The notes below the pieces were generated by a model that did not search any database, was not told the origin of the DNA, and worked only from the letters and a program-made list of their open reading frames with translations. Below are positions 37,327 to 46,606 of a stretch of 64,000 nt of DNA, in pieces (position 1 is the stretch's first letter; each line of letters opens with the position of its first letter). The translations under genes were made by a program, and so were the position numbers. Origin of the DNA: an uncultured Bacteroides sp. (GTDB lineage: Bacteria > Bacteroidota > Bacteroidia > Bacteroidales > GCA-2748055); the NCBI GenBank assembly GCA_964579515.1, contig CAZOHA010000002.1:145096-209095 (forward strand), given 5' to 3'.

Positions 37327-37797
37327 ATGCATAACGAAAGGAAACACCAGGCCTGGAATTTCTGGTCGGCATTTGTTTTTTTCGGGCTGGTGGCCCTGGT
37401 GGGTGTTCTGCTGCAAAGGAAACAGGTGGAGATCAAGGAGATCGCCTTCCGGGATGCAGTGGTGTTGGTACTGGCTACCTACAGGCTTACCCGCATCCTG
37501 GTCTTCGAAAAAATCTTCAAGTACCTCCGCGATTTCATGAAGAGGCGCCAGGATTACTATGTGATCGGGACCATCGGTTCTATCATCACCTGTCCATGGT
37601 GTGCCGGAGTGTGGGTCACCCTGTTTACTATCCTGTTCTACTATGTGGTTCCCTACGGTGATCTCCTGGTGTATGTACTGGCCCTGGCCGGAGTGGCCTC
37701 ATTGTTCATTTTGGTCTCCAATATGATGCACATGTGGACGGAATCCATGCAGGGGAATCACAGGCGGAATAAGAGCCGGAAAAAGCCGGAAGCCTAG
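37327..37797 (+). CDS. DUF1360 domain membrane protein
   Basis: The ORF 37276..37797 was trimmed to MHNERKHQ. LATYRLTRILVFEKI ... ITCPWCAGVWV matches the DUF1360 pattern as I recall it. Confidence 0.55.
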   Translation: MHNERKHQAWNFWSAFVFFGLVALVGVLLQRKQVEIKEIAFRDAVVLVLATYRLTRILVFEKIFKYLRDFMKRRQDYYVIGTIGSIITCPWCAGVWVTLFTILFYYVVPYGDLLVYVLALAGVASLFILVSNMMHMWTESMQGNHRRNKSRKKPEA

Positions 37798-37967
37798 CCT
37801 GTTCTGTTTTTCATGGGCCGCACCACGATCTCGGTCCCGCATCCCGGACAGGTATAAATCTCGCAGCCGGTACAGGCGAAGCAGTTGCTGCACTGTCGAT
37901 ACAGGTGGTCCCGTTCGAACGATAACAGGCAGCTGTGGCACAGGATCGTGCTGACCAGTTTTTTCAC
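37794..37967 (-). CDS. possible small Cys-rich (zinc-ribbon-like) protein
   Basis: The GTG at 37967 gives a 57-aa product MKKLVSTILCHSCLLSFERDHLYRQCSNCFACTGCEIYTCPGCGTEIVVRPMKNRTG. It has eight Cys in CxxC-type spacing. No family was recognised. The longer listed ORF (to 38117) overlaps the neighbouring hydrolase gene. Confidence 0.3.
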   Translation of the reverse strand: MKKLVSTILCHSCLLSFERDHLYRQCSNCFACTGCEIYTCPGCGTEIVVRPMKNRTG

Positions 37968-37989
37968 TTTTTTCTCTGAACCAGGCAAT

Positions 37990-38970
37990 TCAGTAACCAC
38001 TCCGATCCAGGTAACGGGGGTGGCCGGGGGGAAGTTCCGATGAGCTCTTCCCTTCCAGGGCACGTTTCCTGAAATGGTGGCTGGCATCGTAGAAATCGTC
38101 CGACAAGTCCACTTCAAAAACCAGAATCCCCGGCCGGTCTGCTTCCAGTTTTCCTGCCACCAGTCCGTCCGGTGTGATAAAATGGTTAGGCCAGCTGGAG
38201 GCAGCCGAGGAGTTGGTCACCGACATGTAGAAGTGGTTGGTGGCTGCCCGGGCCTGACAGGTCACCGGCATGATTTTCGGATGGATGCCTCCCGGTCTCT
38301 GGCGGGCATTGTAGAAGGACTGGAAGATCATCTGAACACCTCTGCGGCAGTAATCGCGGTAGAGCTCGGGATATCGGACATCGAAACAGATCAGCAGTCC
38401 GCATCGGATACCGTTGATCTCGAAGATCACCGGATGGCCCCCGGCCGAGAAATGCTCCAGGTCGTCCATGGTGCAGAACCGTTTGTCATATCGGTCGCAT
38501 ATCTGACCATCGGGGCCGATCAGATAGAGGCTGTTCATGGGGCGGGTTGTTTCGTCCAGAAAATGAGCTGATCCGAGGATGACCCATATATTCAGGTCGG
38601 CCGCCCTTTTCCGGATGGAATCGGTCCATGACCGCAACACCGGCCAGTCCAATCCGCTCAGATCGTCCAGATCCACCCCGGGGTATCCGGTGAGCGCCAG
38701 CTCGGGGAAATGGACCAGCCGGGCTCCCGAATCAGCCGCGGCCTCCATCTGGGCAATGATCCACCGGCCATTTTCCTCTATGGAGGAGGAGACCGGGAAC
38801 TGGCATGCAGCCACCTTCAACCTTCCCGGTTGATTCATCCTTCCCTGTTGATTCATCCTTCCCTGTTGATTCATCCTTCCCTGTTGAGGATCGGAATTCA
38901 TCTGCGCTTCGATTTCCAGAGGGGCACAGATAAAAAAGAGTGTAAGCAGGAATAACGAAAAATTGGTCAT
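37990..38970 (-). CDS. secreted carbon-nitrogen hydrolase family protein with an N-terminal QQGRMN repeat
   Basis: It has a signal peptide (FLLTLFFICAPLEIEAQ) and a (QQGRMN)x3 repeat. The CN-hydrolase core follows: VAACQFP, FPELALTGY (Glu), YDKRF (Lys), LICFDVRYPE (Cys). Confidence 0.75.
   Translation of the reverse strand: MTNFSLFLLTLFFICAPLEIEAQMNSDPQQGRMNQQGRMNQQGRMNQPGRLKVAACQFPVSSSIEENGRWIIAQMEAAADSGARLVHFPELALTGYPGVDLDDLSGLDWPVLRSWTDSIRKRAADLNIWVILGSAHFLDETTRPMNSLYLIGPDGQICDRYDKRFCTMDDLEHFSAGGHPVIFEINGIRCGLLICFDVRYPELYRDYCRRGVQMIFQSFYNARQRPGGIHPKIMPVTCQARAATNHFYMSVTNSSAASSWPNHFITPDGLVAGKLEADRPGILVFEVDLSDDFYDASHHFRKRALEGKSSSELPPGHPRYLDRSGY
38821..38890. repeat. 18-bp in-frame tandem repeat (about 3.7 copies)
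   Basis: The unit ccttccctgttgattcat occurs at 38839 and 38857, with a variant copy at 38821 and a partial copy at 38875. It encodes QQGRMN on the minus strand. Confidence 0.85.
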
Positions 38971-39055
38971 ACAGGCTGTTTGAGTTGATGCTAAATGTAG
39001 TAATTTGATGGCTGAATTCGTCCAATATGTAAACCAACCTCACACCGATCCGCCG

Positions 39056-40828
39056 ATGAAACTTTCACCGATTCCATTTTTCTTTCTTCTGGCTTCCTTT
39101 ATTCTCCTCCAGAGCTGCCGGAATGATCAGACTCCCTCCCTTCCCAATGTGATCATCATTCTTTCCGACGACCAGGGATGGGGAGACCTGAGCATTCATG
39201 GGAATACCAATCTGCAGACCCCTCATATCGACGGTCTTGCCACCGGAGGAGCGACCCTGGAGAATTTCTATGTATGTGCCGTCTGCTCACCCACCAGGGC
39301 CGAACTGCTCACCGGAAGATATCACCATAAAGGCGGTGTATACAGCACCAGTGCCGGCGGCGAGCGGCTCGACCTGGATGAGACCACCATGGCCGAAGTA
39401 TTCAGGAATGCCGGTTACAGGACGGCCGCTTACGGAAAGTGGCATAACGGAATGCAGTATCCTTACCACCCCAACGGCCGAGGATTTGAAGACTTTTACG
39501 GGTTCTGTTCAGGCCACTGGGGCAATTACTTTTCGCCTATGCTGGAGCACAACGGGAAGATCGTGGAGGGAGAGGGTTATGTGATCGATGATTTTACCGA
39601 TCACGGCCTGGCCTTTATGGAGGCCCACCGGGATGAGCCTTTTTTCCTTTACCTCCCCTACAATACACCCCACACACCTTTCCAGGTTCCGGACAGTTAC
39701 TGGGACGAATTCAAAGATCAGCCGATCGTCATGCGGTCGCGGCACGACGGGGAGGTTCCCGATCAGACCAGGGCAGCCCTGGCCATGTGCGAGAACATCG
39801 ACTGGAACGTGGGAAGGATCATCGAGAAGACCAGGGAACTGGGGATCGAGGAGAATACCATTGTTCTCTATTTCTGCGACAATGGTCCCAACACCTGGCG
39901 CTGGAACGGAGGGATGAAAGGCCGCAAGGGCAGCACCGATGAGGGCGGGGTAAGGTCACCGTTGTTTGTGAAATGGCCGGCAGTCATTCCGGAAGGTACC
40001 CGGGTGGAACGGCTGGCCTCTGTGATCGACCTGTTGCCCACCCTGGCCGCTATGTGCGGGATCCCCCTGGAGACGGCCCGTCCGGTGGACGGGATCGATC
40101 TGACACCGGGTTTGAAAGGGGAGCTGACGAACTGGGAGGACCGCTACATACTGAACCACTGGAGTGGGCGGATCAGTGTGAGGAATCAGCAATACAGGCT
40201 CTCCCATGACGGAGGGTTGTATGATATCACAGCCGACCGGGAGCAGAAGAACGACCTGAGTGATGAGCTGCCCCGGGTGAGGGAGGAGATGCAGAATGTG
40301 GCCGGGTCGTTCCGGAGCGATATCGAGAAGGAGCTTCCGGTCGAGGATCTGCGCCCCTTTTACCTGGGTCACCCGGAATTCGACTACACCCAGGTCCCGG
40401 CCCGGGACGGTACCCCGCACGGAGGGATCGAACGCTCGAACCGGTATCCCAACTGCTCCTTTTTCACAAGCTGGACCAGTCTGGAGGACAGCATCACCTG
40501 GAAGGTGGAGGTCCCGTCCCGGGGAAGGTTCAGAGTCACTCTGTACTACACCTGCAGGGAGGGGGATGAGGGATCCCTGCTCGAACTCTCCCTGGGTGGT
40601 GAGCAGCTGCAGTCCCGAATCACCGTGCCCTTCGATCCCCCGCTCACCGGTATGGAACGGGACCGGTATCCCCGCATCGAATCCTATGTGAAAGAGTGGG
40701 CGGAGCTGGATATGGGGACCATGGAGCTGCCGGAAGGTGAGGGGATCCTCTGCCTGAAAGCACTGGAGATTCCCGGCGACAGTGTGATCGACTTCCGGCT
40801 GCTGCAGTTCGAAAAAGCGGAACTATAA
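39056..40828 (+). CDS. sulfatase (arylsulfatase A family) lipoprotein
   Basis: The ATG is at 39056 (MKLSPIPFFFLLASFILLQSC). It has ILSDDQGWGD, the C-x-P-x-R formylglycine motif (CSPTRAELLTGR), GKWH and the extra C-terminal beta-rich domain. Confidence 0.88.
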   Translation: MKLSPIPFFFLLASFILLQSCRNDQTPSLPNVIIILSDDQGWGDLSIHGNTNLQTPHIDGLATGGATLENFYVCAVCSPTRAELLTGRYHHKGGVYSTSAGGERLDLDETTMAEVFRNAGYRTAAYGKWHNGMQYPYHPNGRGFEDFYGFCSGHWGNYFSPMLEHNGKIVEGEGYVIDDFTDHGLAFMEAHRDEPFFLYLPYNTPHTPFQVPDSYWDEFKDQPIVMRSRHDGEVPDQTRAALAMCENIDWNVGRIIEKTRELGIEENTIVLYFCDNGPNTWRWNGGMKGRKGSTDEGGVRSPLFVKWPAVIPEGTRVERLASVIDLLPTLAAMCGIPLETARPVDGIDLTPGLKGELTNWEDRYILNHWSGRISVRNQQYRLSHDGGLYDITADREQKNDLSDELPRVREEMQNVAGSFRSDIEKELPVEDLRPFYLGHPEFDYTQVPARDGTPHGGIERSNRYPNCSFFTSWTSLEDSITWKVEVPSRGRFRVTLYYTCREGDEGSLLELSLGGEQLQSRITVPFDPPLTGMERDRYPRIESYVKEWAELDMGTMELPEGEGILCLKALEIPGDSVIDFRLLQFEKAEL

Positions 40829-40851
40829 AAACTCATTTATCACTTTATCTC

Positions 40852-42588
40852 ATGCCAGCTAAGAAATCATCCTTCGAACCCCTGGAGGGTACACTTCACA
40901 GGCCGCTCTATGTGGGTCCCGGAATACTGATCGTACTTATACAATGGTTGTTATGGCTGGTACTGCCGGCACTTTTTCCAGGCCCCTGGGCCATGGCGGT
41001 GGGCGTTTTCGGGGGGATGCTGGGCGGTATCGCCCTGCTGATCTGGTGGGGCTTCTTCAGCAGGGCTCCCCGGGTGGAACGGATCGGGGGGGTGTTGTTG
41101 ATGATCGTCTCCCTGCTGATCGCCTACCGGTTCACCCACCGGTCAATTGCCACCAGCATGCAGGGAATAATGTACTTCGCCTATGCCATCCCATGGATGA
41201 GTCTGGCCGTGGTCATCGCAGCCCTGCTGACCGCCAGGGCGGCCCCTCTTACTCGCCGGATCGTCATGACATCCGTGATCCTGGTCTCCGCCGGATTCTG
41301 GACTCTACTGCGTTCGGAGGGTATGACCGGTCAGGCCGGATTCAAGATCGTCTGGCGCTGGACGGAGACCCACGAACAGGAGCTTCTTACCAGCGCAGCC
41401 GAGGAATCGTTCAATAACCGGGCTTATCCGGAGCGTCGAAGTGGCCATTATGAATGGCCAGGATTCAGGGGCAGGGAGAGGAACAGTATTGTGCCGGGGA
41501 TCCGCATCGCCGCCGACTGGACTGCCAGTCCCCCGGAAGAGCTGTGGAGAAGAGCAGTGGGACCCGGTTGCTCCTCTTTTGCGGTCATGGGGAATTTCAT
41601 ATATACCCAGGAACAGCGGGGAGATTATGAAATGGTCACCTGTTACCGGCTTTCCGATGGCGAACCGGTCTGGAAACATGAGGACCCGGTAAGATTCTGG
41701 GATTCCCATGCGGGAGCGGGCCCCAGGTCCACTCCCTTTTATCACCAGGCGAGGGTCTATGCCCTGGGGGCCACAGGGATCCTCAATGCTCTTGATGCGG
41801 GGGACGGATCCCTGATCTGGAGCAGAAATGCCTCTGCCGATTCCGGGGTGGAGCTGACCGATTGGGGAATGTGCAGTTCTCCGCTGGTGGTGGATAACAT
41901 GGTGGTGGTTGCCCTCCAGGGGAAAATGGTCGCGTACGACCTGAATAGCGGAGAGCCGCTCTGGAGCGGACCCGTTGGAGGCGAGAGTTACAGTTCACCG
42001 CATTTGTGCATGCTTGACGGGGTGAAACAGATAGTAATGATGAGTGAATACGGTGCCACGAGTTTCCAGCCGTCGGACGGAACCATTCTCTGGGAGTACA
42101 CCAGGCAGGAACCGCGGATCGTACAACCGGCCGTCTGCGGCGAGCGTGAGCTGCTGGTCAGTGCCGGCGGGGTGAAGGGGCTCTGCAGGCTGTCGGTCCG
42201 CCAGGAAAGTGGCACCTGGAAAGTGAATGAGCAGTGGCTCTCCCGCCGGCTGAGGCCCAACTTCAACGATTTCGTGGTCCATAAGGGCCATATCTATGGT
42301 TACGAAGGTCAGGCCCTGGCCAGTATCGACCTGGAAAACGGGAACAGGAACTGGCGCGGAGGCCGATACGGGGGACAGATCCTCCTCCTGCCTGACCAGG
42401 ATCTGCTGCTGTTGATAACCGAGGGCGGAGAACTGGTTCTCGCAGATGCAAAGCCCGGCGGGCTGAATGAAGTGGCCCGTTTCCCTGCCATCGAGGGGAA
42501 GACCTGGAATCATCCGGCACTGGCGGGTGACATCCTGCTGGTCAGGAACACCCGCGAGATGGCGGCTTTCAGGCTGCCCATCCTGTAG
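40852..42588 (+). CDS. membrane-anchored PQQ-like (BamB-type) beta-propeller repeat protein
   Basis: There are about five N-terminal TM helices. Repeated blades follow, of the type G..YA(L/Y)D...G...W (LNALDAGDGSLIWS, MVAYDLNSGEPLWS, SIDLENGNRNWR). Confidence 0.65.
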   Translation: MPAKKSSFEPLEGTLHRPLYVGPGILIVLIQWLLWLVLPALFPGPWAMAVGVFGGMLGGIALLIWWGFFSRAPRVERIGGVLLMIVSLLIAYRFTHRSIATSMQGIMYFAYAIPWMSLAVVIAALLTARAAPLTRRIVMTSVILVSAGFWTLLRSEGMTGQAGFKIVWRWTETHEQELLTSAAEESFNNRAYPERRSGHYEWPGFRGRERNSIVPGIRIAADWTASPPEELWRRAVGPGCSSFAVMGNFIYTQEQRGDYEMVTCYRLSDGEPVWKHEDPVRFWDSHAGAGPRSTPFYHQARVYALGATGILNALDAGDGSLIWSRNASADSGVELTDWGMCSSPLVVDNMVVVALQGKMVAYDLNSGEPLWSGPVGGESYSSPHLCMLDGVKQIVMMSEYGATSFQPSDGTILWEYTRQEPRIVQPAVCGERELLVSAGGVKGLCRLSVRQESGTWKVNEQWLSRRLRPNFNDFVVHKGHIYGYEGQALASIDLENGNRNWRGGRYGGQILLLPDQDLLLLITEGGELVLADAKPGGLNEVARFPAIEGKTWNHPALAGDILLVRNTREMAAFRLPIL

Positions 42589-42646
42589 GAGGCTTTTCCG
42601 GCAGGGATTAATCATTATCTTTAGCCGGAGCCTTCATTTTTTGCCT

Positions 42647-45214
42647 ATGAAACCGATCTGTACCTTGCTGCTGAGCCTGGCAGCGCTTTCCTGTTTTTCC
42701 CAGATAAGTCTGGACGATTACCTTCCTGCCGGAGAGTATCTGCCGGAGATTCCTGAACCCGGCGAAATCATCGGACATGAGGTGGGGGAGTGGCACCTGA
42801 CCCACGATAAACTTACCTGGTATCTGAAGGAAGTGGCAGCCAGCTCCGACCGGGTAGTGTACCGGGAGTATGCCAGGTCTTATGAGAACCGTCCCCTTTT
42901 TCACCTGATCATCACCTCACCGGAGAATCATGAAAATCTGGAGCAGATCCGCCAGGAGCATTTGAAAATCAGTGATCCGGGCCAATCAATGAGCGTCCGC
43001 ACCGATGAGATGCCGGTGGTGGTCCGGCTGGGTTACGGTGTGCACGGAAACGAATCCAGCGCCTCCAATGCCTCGGTGCTGGTGGCCTATTATCTGGCCG
43101 CCTCCGGTTCCGAAAAGGTGCGGGACATGCTGGACCGGATGGTGATCCTGCTGGATCCCTGCCTGAATCCCGATGGCTTCAACCGGCATGCTTCCTGGGT
43201 GAACATGCACCAATCGATGGTTCCGGTGAAAGACGACAACAGCAAGGGGTTCCGGGAACCCTGGCCGGGCGGCAGGACCAACCACTACTGGTTCGACCTG
43301 AACCGCGACTGGATCCTGCTTCAGCACCCCGAGAGCAGGGGACGGGTGAAGGTGTTCCATGAGTGGAAGCCCAATGTGCTGACCGACCATCACGAGATGG
43401 GATCCTCCTCCTCCTTCTTCTTCCAGCCGGGTGTTCCCACCCGGATCAATCCGCATACCCCGGAACGGACCTCCGAGCTGACCCGGAAAATCGGGCAATA
43501 CCATGCCGGGGCGCTGGACGGAACAGCCACTCTCTATTACACGGAGGAGCGTTTCGATGATTATTATTACGGGAAAGGCTCCTCTTACCCAGATGTGAAC
43601 GGAAGTGTGGGGATCCTTTTCGAACAGGCTGGTGTGCGGGGGATGGAGCGGGACACCCCCCGGGGTCTTCTGACATTTCCCGATGCTATCCGGAACCAGT
43701 TCACCGTGAGCCTCTCCAGCCTGGAGGCTTCACTGGATCTGAGGGTGGAGCTGCTGGAACACCAGAGGGATTTCTATCTGGAATCGTCTGAACTGTTCGC
43801 CTCTTCCGAAGTGAAGGGGTATGTCTTCGGTGAAAACGGAGATCCATCTGCATTGAACAGTTTTCTGGAGGTGCTGCTCCGGCATGATCTGAAGGTGCTC
43901 CCTCTGGAAGAGCCGATCGAAGTGAACGGGACCACCTTTTCCCCCTCCGGCTCCTACCTGGTTTCTCTCGACCAGCCACAGATCAGGCTGGTGAAGAGCC
44001 TCTTCGAGCCGGTACTCACCTTCACCGACAGCCTCTTCTACGATGTTTCCGCCTGGACCCTTCCCTGTGCCTTCAATATTCCATACCAGGCCGTCACCAA
44101 CCCGAGGATCATGGAACAGTCCGGGGGTGATCCCCTGAAGGCAGCTCCCCGGAGCAGCGGAAAACTTTATGACAGCAAAGCAGCAGTGGGATACATGATC
44201 TCCTGGAACGACTATCTGTCCCCCAGGGCCCTCTATCGGCTCCAGGAGGCGGGAATGGTGACCCAGGTGGCGACCGAACCCATCGGATACCGGAACCGCC
44301 TCATCGAGCGATCGTTCGGACAGGGAACCATATTCATTCCTGTGGAGAAACAGTCGCTTTCTCCCGCACGGATGGTACCTATTCTTCAGAAAACCGCAGA
44401 GGAGACCGGGGTCGACATCCATTCCCTCACCACCTCCTACACCCCGGAAGGGGTCGATATGGGCAGTCAGACCCTGATTCCTCTGGAACGGCCGAAAATC
44501 CTGCTGATGGCAGGGGAGGGGGTCTCCAGTCTGGAATCGGGTGAGATGTGGCACCTGCTGGATACTCGGATGGGGATCCCGGTGGTACTTGCCGGACCGG
44601 AGCGTTTGAACGGGATGGACCTGAGCGGGTACACCCATATCCTGATGCCTTCCGGAAGCTACGGAGCGATCGGGGAGTACGGTGAACAGGAGATGGACCG
44701 CTGGCTCAGACGGGGAGGAACGATAATCGCCTCGGGGTATGCGAACCGGTGGCTGGCTGATAACGGCTTCTGTGAACTGGCATTCAGTGAATCTTCGCGC
44801 GATACCACCACCCTCAGGCCCTATTCAGAGCTCTTCCTGGAGCGGGGTGCACAGCGCATATCGGGGACTATCTTCGAGGCGGAGATCGATATGACCCATC
44901 CCATCGGATTCGGACTGACCAGAGACCGGATCCCTCTGTTCCGCAACAGCACCCTGATTGCTGAGCCGGTATACAGGCCCTATGCGGTTCCGGTCCGCTA
45001 TACGGGCGATCCGTTACTGAGCGGTTATGTGCCTGGTGGACTGTATGAGCAGCTGAAAGGCGCCCCTGCAGTGATCATCGGCAGCCATGGATCCGGCCGG
45101 GTCATCTCCTTTATGGACAACCCCAATTTCAGGGGATTCTGGTACGGTACCAACCGGCTCTTCATGAATGCCATCTTCTTCGGACCGGTGATCTCACCGG
45201 CCTCTGCCAGGTAG
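42647..45214 (+). CDS. M14 family zinc carboxypeptidase-like protein (large, secreted)
   Basis: The ATG is at 42647 (MKPICTLLLSLAALSCFSQ). It has GVHGNESSASN (HxxE zinc motif), NPDG and TDHHEMG, and is 855 aa long. Confidence 0.8.
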   Translation: MKPICTLLLSLAALSCFSQISLDDYLPAGEYLPEIPEPGEIIGHEVGEWHLTHDKLTWYLKEVAASSDRVVYREYARSYENRPLFHLIITSPENHENLEQIRQEHLKISDPGQSMSVRTDEMPVVVRLGYGVHGNESSASNASVLVAYYLAASGSEKVRDMLDRMVILLDPCLNPDGFNRHASWVNMHQSMVPVKDDNSKGFREPWPGGRTNHYWFDLNRDWILLQHPESRGRVKVFHEWKPNVLTDHHEMGSSSSFFFQPGVPTRINPHTPERTSELTRKIGQYHAGALDGTATLYYTEERFDDYYYGKGSSYPDVNGSVGILFEQAGVRGMERDTPRGLLTFPDAIRNQFTVSLSSLEASLDLRVELLEHQRDFYLESSELFASSEVKGYVFGENGDPSALNSFLEVLLRHDLKVLPLEEPIEVNGTTFSPSGSYLVSLDQPQIRLVKSLFEPVLTFTDSLFYDVSAWTLPCAFNIPYQAVTNPRIMEQSGGDPLKAAPRSSGKLYDSKAAVGYMISWNDYLSPRALYRLQEAGMVTQVATEPIGYRNRLIERSFGQGTIFIPVEKQSLSPARMVPILQKTAEETGVDIHSLTTSYTPEGVDMGSQTLIPLERPKILLMAGEGVSSLESGEMWHLLDTRMGIPVVLAGPERLNGMDLSGYTHILMPSGSYGAIGEYGEQEMDRWLRRGGTIIASGYANRWLADNGFCELAFSESSRDTTTLRPYSELFLERGAQRISGTIFEAEIDMTHPIGFGLTRDRIPLFRNSTLIAEPVYRPYAVPVRYTGDPLLSGYVPGGLYEQLKGAPAVIIGSHGSGRVISFMDNPNFRGFWYGTNRLFMNAIFFGPVISPASAR

Positions 45215-45283
45215 CCAACCACTTTATTGTATTGGTATCCTATTTGCCGTCCGTAGGTTACTTCAATCATTAAAGCTACACTT

Positions 45284-46606
45284 ATGGAAAGAGAGAGGGA
45301 TTATGCCAATATCGATGCCAGCGAGATACTCGATATCCTGGAAGACTGTGCCCATGATGTATCCCGGGGACTGGACCCGCTGTACGACCGGATCGGGGAT
45401 GCCCGTATCGTTTTGCTGGGGGAAGCCTCGCACGGCACGCATGAGTATTACCTGTGGCGCACCAAAATCAGCCAGCATCTTATTGAAAATAAGGGTTTCA
45501 ATCTGATTGCGGTGGAGGGGGACTGGCCACCGTGCTACGAAGTAAACCGGTACATCCGGCACTATGAACATGATGAAGAAAATACACAGCAGGTGGTGGA
45601 AAATTTCAACAGGTGGCCCACCTGGATGTGGGCGAATTTTGAAATGATCGCTCTGATCGACTGGATGAAGGCATATAACAGGGATAAACCTTTCAACCGG
45701 CAGGTGGGTTTTTACGGGCTGGATGTTTACAGCCTCTGGGAGTCACTGGAAACCATAACAAAATACCTGGAGAAAGTTGATCCGGTGGCCCACGATTCGG
45801 CGCTGAAAGCGATGGCCTGCTTCGATCCCTATGACAGGGAGGGTCTGAATTATGCTACCTCCACGCGATTTGTTCCGGATAACTGTGAAGAGGAGGTGAT
45901 CCGGCTGCTATACGACATCAGTTCCCGGATGCCTCTGTACAATTCAGATCCGGAGGGCCCCTTCAATGCCCGGCAGAATGCAATGATCGCCGTTCATGCA
46001 GAGATCTATTACCGGTCGATGATACGGGGAGGGGCCGAGTCGTGGAATATCCGTGACACTCACATGACCGGGACCCTTGAGAGGATCCTCAACTACCATG
46101 GTCCTGAATCGAAAGCGATCGTCTGGGAGCACAACACCCATATCGGGGATGCCCGTGCCACGGATATGGCTTCCAGCGAAATGGTCAATGTGGGTCAGCT
46201 GGTGAGAGAAAAATGGGGGGAAGATTATTCGGTGGCGGTAGGCTTCGGTTCTTATGAAGGATCTGTGGTGGCCAGTCGTTCCTGGGATGCTCCCATGGAG
46301 GAGATGCCGATGCCGCCTGCCCGGGATAACAGCTGGGAGTACTTCCTGCATCATGCCCGGCCAAAGGATAAACTGATCATCACAAAGGATCTGAGAAAGG
46401 GAATTTCGGTCGAAAAATATCTGGACCACCGGGCCATCGGCGTGGTCTACAACAGCCGGAACGAACAGCAGGCGAACTATGTGCCCTCGATCATTCCCGA
46501 CAGATATGATGCCTTTCTGTTTTTCGATAAAACCATGGCATTGCATCCTGTGGGCGTGGGCACTGATACCCGGAAAACGGCAGAAACCTATCCGTGGGGG
46601 ATCTGA
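45284..46606 (+). CDS. erythromycin esterase (EreA/ChaN-like) family protein
   Basis: ARIVLLGEASHGTHEYY, AVEGDWP and WEHNTHIGD resemble the erythromycin esterase family pattern. Confidence 0.7.
   Translation: MERERDYANIDASEILDILEDCAHDVSRGLDPLYDRIGDARIVLLGEASHGTHEYYLWRTKISQHLIENKGFNLIAVEGDWPPCYEVNRYIRHYEHDEENTQQVVENFNRWPTWMWANFEMIALIDWMKAYNRDKPFNRQVGFYGLDVYSLWESLETITKYLEKVDPVAHDSALKAMACFDPYDREGLNYATSTRFVPDNCEEEVIRLLYDISSRMPLYNSDPEGPFNARQNAMIAVHAEIYYRSMIRGGAESWNIRDTHMTGTLERILNYHGPESKAIVWEHNTHIGDARATDMASSEMVNVGQLVREKWGEDYSVAVGFGSYEGSVVASRSWDAPMEEMPMPPARDNSWEYFLHHARPKDKLIITKDLRKGISVEKYLDHRAIGVVYNSRNEQQANYVPSIIPDRYDAFLFFDKTMALHPVGVGTDTRKTAETYPWGI

Noticed and set aside
37968-38117. Longer version (107 aa) of the Cys-rich ORF
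   Set aside because: The N-terminal 50 codons overlap the 3' end of the C-N hydrolase gene in another frame and contain no cysteines or motifs. Only the distal 57 codons were retained, as a low-confidence feature.
43730-44638. 302-aa antisense ORF in the M14 peptidase gene. Similar cases are 50086..51024 in mnmE, 53740..54750 in the MMPL gene, and 5265..6074 and 5866..6657 in buk/ptb.
   Set aside because: All lie opposite genes with strong family motifs and have atypical amino-acid composition. This is a common result of stop-codon depletion in GC-rich coding DNA.
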